Assembly (NCBI RefSeq): GCF_000150275.1
Contig: NW_002060966.1
Location: 138,415-202,414 of the forward strand
Direction of reading: 5' to 3'
From: Trichoplax adhaerens
Taxonomy: Eukaryota; Animalia; Placozoa
Length of the DNA: 64,000 nt
The notes under the pieces were generated by a model. That model saw only the letters and a program-made list of their open reading frames with translations, was not told the origin of the DNA and did no database searches. Each line of letters opens with the position of its first letter. The first letter of the stretch is position 1. The translations under genes were made by a program, and so were the position numbers. This document shows positions 23,161-33,974 of this stretch, piece after piece.

Positions 23161-23998
23161 GATATTATGGCTTGGCTAGAAATTGCATTCAATTTAATTT
23201 CATAGTGTTATTTCTATTACATATAAGAGCATATTGTTGAGGTTTCAAATATATTTAAATTGCTAAACAAGTTGTACTGAATTCGTATTATATATTAATA
23301 TTATTCAATCCACACAGATATTTCAAATTCTGCACAACATATACTGTAGCAATGATAATTATATAATTATTAGCCAAATTTATACATTATGCAAAACGTA
23401 TAGGAGCACTCTTTACATCTTAGTTTGTCATCCTATGCAGTAATGTAAAATATAGAATACCAATCATTCTATCCAATGTAAGTACGGGTATACTACAAGG
23501 CAAAATAACTTATCTTTTGGTATAAAGATTGGATAGAATTGTATTTCACCATGTTACGTCCATAGCATCGTCGTGGTCTGTCATAGATAACATCTATAAG
23601 ATATAAACAAGCCAGATTACTTTACAGTTAGTACTGTAATGAATGAATATAGGTAATTTCATTGAAAGTCCACGCAAAAAGTATGCGCTCATCATTGATA
23701 TGAACCTAATGCAAGCTGTTATTAGTTGTTATCGTCATAAATGAACATTATTATAACGGAAGGCATTAAACGTGGGCTATAAAAGCCCCCCTCGACATAA
23801 AAAGGGGTTGGGGAGGAATGTCTTATTTCATTAAAATGCTACGCATAAAGTATAATCCTTATCAACATGAATCGAATACAAGCAGTTATTAGTTTATCAT
23901 CATAGATTGCTAAATTAAGTATCAATCAGCCAGAATCAATAAAGCCAGCTTGATTGAAGTCCAATTTTACCATACTATCGTACACGAGCATGGCCAGT

Positions 23999-25378
23999 TT
24001 AGGGCACTACCTTAGTGCTATATGGCCTATTATGGATGAAATTATAGATCATTTGGTAAGCTTGCTGTGGTCTAAAAGTCGGTACTTGATGACCTGATCC
24101 TCGCACTGTGAGAAAGTCAAGCTTGTTAGCGCGAATAACATACCCTCCAACCTGTTTACCATTGCTATCGTTGTAAAACCAAGGCTGACGAGGTTTCACA
24201 ACTTTAAGATTGAGAGAGTGGACAGCCCATTGATCACCTAAGAAATTGCATACCATATCCACGTCACCATTATAAATTAAAACACGATATTTTTTTAACA
24301 ATTTGGGGATTAACTTGATTGAAGAATTGTATGTTGTAGTATAATTAGCACTAACAGCATTACTACAATCGTTCCATGCTGGTAAATGATCGGGTATATG
24401 TAATGCTTTTCTGACATCTTTCCTATTCATATAAATAACATCAGGAGTAACTTGATTATTACTCATATAGGGTTCATCTAATCGGGAAGGATAGAGTTCT
24501 GGATGCAGTCGTTTGAGCAATACCTTTGCCTGCGAGCCCATCGATGATGAACAGTGAAAACAATCAAAATAGATGTTGTAATTATCTAAATCATCATTCA
24601 TAACCTGTTGAGCTACAGCTAATGCTTTCTTACAATGAATATCACTTGGATTATGAAAGTTACAAGAGCCACGGGAACAGCAATATTTCTGTAATTGCGA
24701 CCATAGATGTTGGCCAAAGATACCATGATAATAAGCAAAATAAATCATGGAATTATCATTTAAACGTGTATCCATTAGACCATTCCCTACAGCAAATGCT
24801 TTCAAATTGATTTTAGAATCATTCATAGTACGTAGAACTAACGTAGGAATATAAATTCCTCCATAACTTTCGCCGGTGATGTAAAATTCATTTCTAGAAT
24901 ATTCAGGAAATTTATTAAAGAAAGATTTTAATGCAGCATAATTACTGTCGGCAACTTGGTCATCATCCCATGTATAATTTCTCTTGTCATTATATGAATA
25001 GCCAACACCAGCAGGTGATTCTAGAAAAATGACATTGGCGAAATCATTCCAAGATGTATTACGCAAGGTTAAATGTTTACCGTCGTAGCTGGGCATAAAA
25101 GGTCCATTTTCCAGTAGTAAACCAATAATAGAGCTACAACCAGGCCCTCCATTTAGCCACAATACAAGTGGATCACGTAAAGGTTTTCCTTTAGATTCAA
25201 CAAACCAGTAATGCAATCTATTGCCATTACCACCATCTAAATATCCAGAATACTGCTTAAAGGATGATTGATGAGATAATCCAGGCAAAGAAGTGATCCA
25301 ATCTTCCTTAGGTGCTGCATTCCCGGGATGCAATGTCGTTGTCCATAAAATCATCGCAAAGCAAAACAACATCGCCAT
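23999..25378 (-). CDS. Cathepsin A-like serine carboxypeptidase (S10), paralog 4, intronless
   Basis: 459-aa ORF with signal peptide, WLNGGPGCSS, GESYGG, NGDVDMVCN and GSGHQ. Confidence 0.95.
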   Translation of the reverse strand: MAMLFCFAMILWTTTLHPGNAAPKEDWITSLPGLSHQSSFKQYSGYLDGGNGNRLHYWFVESKGKPLRDPLVLWLNGGPGCSSIIGLLLENGPFMPSYDGKHLTLRNTSWNDFANVIFLESPAGVGYSYNDKRNYTWDDDQVADSNYAALKSFFNKFPEYSRNEFYITGESYGGIYIPTLVLRTMNDSKINLKAFAVGNGLMDTRLNDNSMIYFAYYHGIFGQHLWSQLQKYCCSRGSCNFHNPSDIHCKKALAVAQQVMNDDLDNYNIYFDCFHCSSSMGSQAKVLLKRLHPELYPSRLDEPYMSNNQVTPDVIYMNRKDVRKALHIPDHLPAWNDCSNAVSANYTTTYNSSIKLIPKLLKKYRVLIYNGDVDMVCNFLGDQWAVHSLNLKVVKPRQPWFYNDSNGKQVGGYVIRANKLDFLTVRGSGHQVPTFRPQQAYQMIYNFIHNRPYSTKVVP

Positions 25379-25754
25379 GTTTACGTCGTTGCCACCTTCG
25401 TTGTAATTTGAAAGATTGCGATCTCAACCAGGCAATTCGATATTTTATCAACTATTTAGACTGTCTGCTTTTCGTTACCAAGCATTAAGAATTCAATGAT
25501 GGTCTAAATGGATAGAAAATGTCTGTAAGAAGATTTCTGTTTGGCATCAGTAGCAGACTAGTAGCAGTTATTGTGACTTTAGAATAATTATGCAGAAATG
25601 GATACTGGGCAAGAAGAAAACTGCACCATGATGGTCATATACTACTGTCGTAATGGGTAGTTTTATACAGTATGCTATAGTAATACCGTTCTCGGATTCG
25701 ATAGCAGAGATGCTGTTTTAACATACAGTTAAGAGTATAGATGCCCGTACCCTC

Positions 25755-26205
25755 GCTACTGTTACTCGTTTTCTATGGCAATTTGTTGTTATGGAGTCCA
25801 GTATATTTTTCACCTTTCAACTTAGTTTAAATTAGTCTGCTTAGAATAGACTTTGCAAGCTCTGAGCACTCTTTATTAGCCTACTTAGCATAAACTTGCT
25901 TAAATAAAGAGTAAAGATAATAAGACAGCATTAAACAGATACCTATACAATAGCTATTAGTCAACCTACTACTGCTCATTTTCTATGGCAATATGTTAGT
26001 ACTGATTATTAGCCTGTTTAGAATAGGCTTGGAAGCTCTGAGTACTGTTCATTAGCCTACTTAACATACGAGTAGACTCGTCTAAATATAGTGCTAGTAA
26101 GGACAATTAGATAGCATTAAAGTGTAGAAAGTATTGATAACAATTTCATAGCTACTAGCTACAAGGACTATACTGTACTACTTGCTTTCCATGGTAATCT
26201 AATAC
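25755..26205. repeat. Degenerate ~200-bp tandem repeat upstream of paralog 4
   Basis: ctactg..ctc.ttttctatggcaat at ~25756, 25966 and 26173; tagaatag.cttt/ggaagctctgag.act..tattagcctactta at ~25840 and 26017. Confidence 0.75.
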
Positions 26206-27366
26206 TATCGAGAATGCATGCAGTCTGTTGCAAAGTTTATTCAATTACAGTAAGCGCCTGCTTCCGTTATAGATTTAATTTAACTTTATGACTTGATAGT
26301 ATTCCCTCTAATTAGACAAGACGTTTTCGTAGACTAGTTTAAAAGAGGCAAGTGGAAGACACAAGATGTATACGTACATTTACATGGACGGAATAATACT
26401 CATAAATCTGCTGTAGAGTGAATGTACTATTTATTCTTATTTCAATTGCGTACGATCGACGGCTACACAGATCAAGATCGCAAATTATAATTTGAAATAA
26501 TAAAATAATGCCATTGATAAATTTCCTACGATGTTGAACAATGACGTATTCTTCATATCTTAAGGTAAGCTACAATACAACCTTTAAAGGAGAGACACTA
26601 GACTACAAGCTCTCACTATCGCAACACGTGGATATGGGTAACTAACCGTTAGCACTTTATGTAGAGATATATTCCACGTTAAGCTATGAAATAATGTCCT
26701 ATTTATTTCCATCTTTGTAAAAAATCGGACTGACGAACTATGATTAATATAAGGTACCATATCAGACAATGTCTCATGCTTCGATAGGTTTCTAAATTGG
26801 CTTTATTGAAACATTGTCCCATCGTTAATAGCATAGGCAAACAATCGATAAAATTAACTGAAACAATTTGAGCGACAACTCTACGGTGTTGAGTCCATCA
26901 TAAAAATTTCATCGTACCGAAGCACCATCGACTCAATGGTGTTGCTACAGAGTAACTCTTTTATCATATGTAGTAATACCAGAAATTAATTAACTCCATA
27001 CGTGAGATACAATTTAAAATCAACTGAATTTATCCTGTGCTTCCTTAAAGAAAATAGGAATACTTTCAAATCATGAGCTTAAATAATGAACTAGGCATCA
27101 ATTAAGCGTGGAAATACTTTTTAGTTCGGTAATAATCTTCAATTCCATATCAGCATACGGTCTATACCTTACATTAGTGTATCCTAATAATAACATTACA
27201 TTATTGATTGATGTCTATACGAAGGCTAACATGATCATGAGGTGTACAAAAGTAATATGTTCATGACACAATCTGAGATCAGTAGGCCCAAGATTGGACA
27301 TGATGATATTCGAACAGTCTACAAATAATTCTGATATTATCCGAATAAAGTTATACCTTCCAATAT

Positions 27367-30300
27367 TTATGAGAGACCGAAACCAGCATTTCCATTGTTA
27401 ATTGCATAGAGTAACCGTTCTTTAAGCTTTGCTTTACTGGAATAATTACATAACATTAACACGTTGAAGCATGTATGAGAAGTCGGTAGCCTAAAAATCA
27501 TACATAGAAGAAATAAAATACCTGTCATTTACACTTTCTATTTACGAATAGTCCTACGACCATTACCGGTATAAAATATAGAAATAATTTTACCTAGTAG
27601 AATCGTCACCATTTTTAATAACGCGAAACATAATTTTTGATAATCCTCCAACTGGTACGCGATCACTACCAGTCGTAAATTTTAAGAATTTACGTTTACT
27701 TTCTTCATCGAAAGAATGTACTACTTCCCAAAGATCCCTGCCATATGACATTTTATAAATAAACCGTGAGTAGCAATATTTGTACTTTATATGAGCACTA
27801 TTTTCAATTACTTGACTAAGGTTGAATCTTTTGTTAATCCTCCATCATAATATGTAACTCTTTCTAGCTCATGAAAATCTAAACACTTTTCCTACATGAT
27901 ATCATTACATAATAAAGGATTAAAAATTAGTAATACGATGAACAGTTTACATTTATCTTGAAGAATATCCTGCAATCATACCTTACTACCGCATACAAGC
28001 ATATCAACTTCATCAGGTCGAAACAAGTATTTGAGCAAAGAATCCTCAGTTACCATGTTGAAACCCTTTTTGAAAGCATCAAACTATAAAGAACATAGCA
28101 CTTAGTTTTATATCATAAGGCTAACTAATTAAATAAAGAGTTTACCTGATTTTTGACCGAATTTGTTAATAGAAATTCCGTGTAAAGTCTAATAAATTCC
28201 TAATACAGTAAAAATATTACATTCAGTTATTGGTAAAGTAATAATGTAATCATCATAAAGACTAAAATTGTTTTCCTTCCAACCTCCCTGTTGTTCTTAT
28301 TTACAGAAATTTCACCACCATTCTCCACAAGATCTACAGTAACTGCATCACCAAATACGTTTGTGTAACTAATTTTAAAAGTATACATGAAGTCATTTTC
28401 CACATCGCCTTCATAATTTAATAAGTTTACCAAGCTTTGCCAAATTTCCTAATAAACACCAACATAGATGTACCTATTACATACCAGGCTATAATAATTT
28501 GTACTACGATCTTTATTAATAAAGGATATATCGATTGAAGTATACTACTATATTCATACTGGAAAGCAATCACTTAAGTCTTCCAAAATTAATTTCTGCC
28601 CATATAGTTTCCTATACAAAGCCATAGGGAAGGTAACGTCTAAAATGATGCCATTGTAGATAGCTAATCCTACAAGTATACCAACTAGCTTATATTGTGC
28701 ATCTGTTTCATAAGAATCAGGTGTAAACCAATAAGTCCCAGCTTTTTCATTGTACCTAAACATAGCTTTAGGAAATAAAAGCAAAGCGGAAGGTTAACAA
28801 TGCTTAGATTCAAGGAAGACATGATATTTGATGTCATAGTAATTACCATATTCTGGATTAAAAATTTCCTGATTGATAAGTACGAAAAATTCCTTGGAAA
28901 GTCCACCATCGTCTACACCTTCTTCTCCGACAAATTTAATTCTCAATTGTTTTAATAAAGCACTTGGATTATCATCTGAAACATGCTCCAGCTGTATAAT
29001 AATATTATATAAATAAAATAGTGTTGATTTAATATTATATAAATAAAATAGCGTTGATTTAATAAATATGTTACAAATGTAATATTGAACAAATGTATCT
29101 GCCACTATCGATCAGGTTTAACACTATAGCAACGTAACGTAACATTCATAACTACTGCTGTTGACGTACCTGCCATAAAGCATCTTCAATAAGATGATCT
29201 CTACGAACACGAATTATTAAAAATGGATTAGGTACATCACGATTGAGTAGGCTTAAAATAATTGCCGCGCCAATTTCGTCATTCTGTCGTAAACGACAAT
29301 CCAACGAAAGATACTGCGTTTTATTAAAGGGCATAATAACGCAAGGAAAGTCCAATAAACATATGTCATTAACAGTAAATCTTCGATAATCGTAGCGAGG
29401 ATCGATTGCATCACTTAATGCCTCATTATAAAATGCACTAAACGTAACGATTGGGCGACGGCAAATAGCAGGATCAATATTAAGTAGTCTCTGTAGCTCA
29501 TGATGTCTAATGTCTTGTTTTCGACGAAGCCCACCAACGGTTCTCATAAAGACGCCAACTTGATCACTTCTTGCATCAGCATTGGCGGTAGTACTAGCTT
29601 GATTTGTTACTATCTCAGAATGAGCAAGGTTACTTTGACGTGTTATACCGCCTAAGCAGTTAGCCAAATAGAGCATGTCTAAGTTGTATAAGATGTTGGA
29701 TAGAGAAATATCTATCGATGTCAGTATATCGGTATCTGAGCATGCGAGAATATTAACGACGGTACATGTTAAGTATTGTTGTAAAGAAATAACAAGTTGA
29801 AGCATTTGCGATTCATTAAATTTTGCCCAAAAGCGTACAAGTTCAGCTTTTGCCGGTAATGACAAGCTGCGAACTAATTGACAAAGTCTTGGTAAAACAT
29901 TCTCGAAATACTCTGGACTTTGTAATTGTGGATTTTCGTATACTATAATAATTATTGACATTAACAATTGATCGTCAATTCCACCTTGTAAGTGTTCCAT
30001 TAATCCATTGGTCGCAATAAATAATCGCTCTTCAACAGAAGAATGGAAGTGGTCAGAAAGGATAGTATAAATCTTTCGAACATAAATAATGTCTACAAGT
30101 TCCACGCTGTCACCATTTATACAAAAGTAATTCGATATTGACTCTGGAGAGGAGAAAATATCGGCAATTACGGTATTTAAGGCGTCGTAATTATTACTTT
30201 CTTTACACTTAGCCGCAGTGCAGGTAAGAAAATGTTCTGTTGCCTCTATAATATGACATAGTAATGAATCAGCCAAATACATTAACAATTGATGTTATAA

Positions 30301-30774
30301 TTTCACTGTAGCAGACAGTAACTCCACTTCTACAGGTGCATGGGTCAATAAAATAACTAGAGTATAATGAATTAATTATTACAGATATGCACAGTATCAA
30401 TTCGGTTTATTGTGTGCTAATTAAAAAATACTGCAGTAACATCTTTCCATGGAGTTATTTGACTAATAATTCATCACTGGCCAGACTACTGTACCATGTC
30501 CATATCAATAAATTGAAGATATGTCAACAGTATTTTTACTGTCCCATAATCACTGAGTTAGTTATATACAAACCGAAATCTCTACATATTTTCCTTTTCT
30601 TGTTGTCTAAAACTTGATTATCAGAAGTACTGCAATCATCACTATTTCCTTCCCTATAATGAGAAATAATAGAAGATATTTTATAAATCAATTAAAATTA
30701 TTATCCTGACCTTACAGACACTTCGATTTGACTTCAAATGAGAAAATATGAAAGTTGTACAGTACAAACGGCAT
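27367..30774 (-). CDS. UBE3A: UBE3A/E6AP-like HECT E3 ubiquitin ligase, multi-exon; 5' end uncertain
   Basis: The large exon encodes [39 protein letters not shown] and [22 protein letters not shown] exons encode [34 protein letters not shown] and [16 protein letters not shown]. The last exon reads [12 protein letters not shown]...[10 protein letters not shown]...GFGLS*, with the catalytic Cys and stop at 27369-27367. An upstream exon starts at 30653. The ATG at 30774 is only one candidate start. Confidence 0.88.
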
Positions 30775-31195
30775 ATTATAATTAGTGATATAATGGCTGT
30801 ACGAAATCAATCGTAAGTTATTTTATCGTTTGTTGCTCACAGCTACTTATAAAGCAAAGACGGCTGATGTCAGTACGACTGTGACATTAAGAAATGCTTC
30901 ATTAGCAAAGTCGGCAGATCTTATATGAATTAAAGTTTAACTACCATTAAATTCGCGTACTATAACCTTGAATAGCGATTAGTAAGTAAGCAGATCATTG
31001 GCCGTTTAATCCTCTTACATCGAAGTATCGATCAAACCTATGCTAGACTTTGATTATATGTACTCTTGCCAAAACAGCAAGACTGTAGCTATTCTTATTT
31101 AATAGTCATCAATTTTACATGAAGCCATTGTGCTATGTGGCTTGATTAAATGTACGAGTATATGATGTTTATAATTTATTAATAAAGTATTAACT

Positions 31196-31455
31196 CATCT
31201 AGATGCAGAAAAGTTGCTTCCAATCATGGCCCCTAGCCCACAAGAGGGAAGTAAGAGTGCAAGGATGAAAATGAAATTAGCCAGTTAATTTATTGCTGAT
31301 GCTAAATTGAATAATATCAATGTTGGCCATCTCGATGTGTAAAAGTTGTATCCAAGCATGATCTCTAGCACATAAAAGGAGAAGGTACTGGAAGGATAGA
31401 TTAGAACAAGTCAGTTGATTTATCACTGTGGCCAAATTAAATGATGTCAATGTTT
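31196..31455. repeat. Two diverged ~130-bp tandem copies
   Basis: catct.gatg...aaaagttg...ccaa.catg..c.ctagc.ca.aa.agg...aaggat...cagtt.atttat...aaatt.aat.at.tcaatgtt occurs twice. Confidence 0.75.
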
Positions 31456-33974
31456 CATCAGTGCTTGTGTACTACCCAGCCTACTTTTCATCCATCCTTT
31501 TGTTATCATCGAGTTGCTAACAAAGTACTACCATCTAAGTTTAGCCGCCGCCAATGTGCTGTTTACTAGGCAAACTTCCCATTCTTTTTACTCAATTGTT
31601 GTAATCACATCGAAAGCTGACAGTTAGTACATGGTGGTTTACAATATCTTATTTGTACACCATTATTAGTGTAAACTTTGCCTAGCAGATTGATTGAATT
31701 TATTCTGTCTGCATTACATTATTATCAGGTGCATGGATGAATGTTGCTGAAGGATAACAAAGCTGCATCCTATAACTATGATTTTGTATGATTGATAGGA
31801 TGGGATCGCAGTTTACCCAGTAATTTTGTTATTGATCTTACTGCACGTATTAGTAATATGAATGTTAATCCAATTTATAATAACATCGTATACGCATACA
31901 ATCATCCATCCATAGTTTATGTAGATGATTTTTTTATATATACATTCTGTTTATTCGTCACAACATCAAGCAAATGGATGATTGCTATTGAATACCAATG
32001 AATGTTGATGAAGTTCCACCCTATGATGGAAATTTTCTAAGTTTTCTATGCTAGAATTGCAGCTTAGCCGATCAAAATCTGTTGTTTATTTTTCCTGTTT
32101 TTTATTATTATGATCTGTTTTCTATTCCGTTGGCTAGTACATCAAGTTTATATGAATGTTAATAAAGTTACCCCACACAACTGCAATTATCTACGATCCT
32201 TCCGGCAATATTTAATCCAGTAGATATGAATCACTTTTTTTACGGTATGAAAGGGTAATATTGAGCGATAAGATTAGTATGGGTTATGATCAATCCTAAC
32301 TCTACTTAAACATGGGAATACTAATGATCTTAGCAGCAACTTATATTGACAACATCATCAAGCCGTTCAATTGAACATTGCAATTTCAACGCCGGTAGAA
32401 AGCGTATGGATTGATCCACCATAGCTATACCTTGCAAGCACATTCTACTCGCATGTATTCCATTATCGCTAATGGAAATGGATATTTTGCTAGAACTGCC
32501 ATCGATAGAAGAACTTACATTGTTTTTCGTTAACAGGAGATCTTCCAGTAACGATGTTGAGACGAAGTACTTGCACAGTGCTGAAGTTTTATAGCCTGCA
32601 AATGACTTCGTTTTAGCCACAATAAGAAATGGGATACAACTTGATTTCAAATATATCTGCAATATAAAAATATTACAAGAATAAAATTAAATACCGTGCT
32701 GTATCTGTATGTAACGGTCGATCTGTCTAGTTCTATGTTAAACCAAGTACTGTAGTTTTTATGTCCTTTGAGTAAATGGAAGCGTGCTGCGTAGAAAATA
32801 GAGTTTATGGTAATCTATACAGAATTCTTTAACAACGTGTTTTGTAAACATAGCAATCTAGTTACTGGTATGTTACACTGTTTATGCATGAATGAGTGAT
32901 GATACAGAAAAGGATTAATAAAAGTAGTTATAGCAATCATGACTGGCTGAATGAAGATCCAATGGATAGCCGAAAAGTATATTGTACGACATTGGATCAT
33001 TGTCGATTTCATTGCTACAAGAGTAATGTATTCAAGGATTACGTCAAGTATTGAATCCATCATGGTAAGCCTTCTTTTTCTCCATAGTTTTTCTATTCCT
33101 TGATAAAATATAATGTTCAACATCAAATTTGCACAACACCTTGTCTCTCTCTCTATCCACATCTAAAGACGCCACTTAAATAAATCATCCATGATATTTT
33201 ACACAGTTCAACCAGTAGAAACAGCGTCCAAATATGCTTGGACGTCTCCTTTGTCTATTTGTACAGCAAGAATCCAATACAAGCATCTCTCATTTTCATC
33301 TGATTGGCTGCGATAGAAAACAGTAAGCAATGGAATAGTCTAAAAGGCTAAAAGCTTGGACTGTTCGCGTATACAACAGGGAGAAAAAATTGAAATCGCT
33401 ATCGTTCAATGAGCGAAGAGGATGGTTTGAGCGGCCTGAACATCGATGACGACAATCGGATAGCGATCGCCAGCCAACTGACGGAAACTATCACTGTCGA
33501 ATGCTAGCTTACTCGACTGCTTGTCAACAACTCCAATGCAAGAAATAAACTTAGCTAGCTATCCAAGTCCACTTACCTAGAAGATAACTTGAATTCAAGA
33601 GGAAAGCAACGAGCAATAGTCCGATTGATGTTGGAGAGACGAGCAGGCATCCAAGGCAACCCTTTGAGGAAGAAGGTTGAACCAGGCATCCAATGTCTGT
33701 CAGTCTGTTTGGCTGTACTCCCCTGTCACGTCACGCCGTTCAGTACGTCACCCATCGCCAGCCAACGGCCTGCCTGGTTTGCTGGTCTCCAGCCAGACTA
33801 AGCTTTAGACTGCGCTTCAAGGTCTTGTTTGAGCATTCGACTGGAGTGTTGTCCCTTGGCGACCGTTCATACAAGCGATAGCTCTCTGTCGCTAACAGCC
33901 CATTACTCCCTATCCTTGACTATAGGCAGAAAAAGACTTCAACAACAAGAGCTGACTTTCACCAACAGCGCTCT

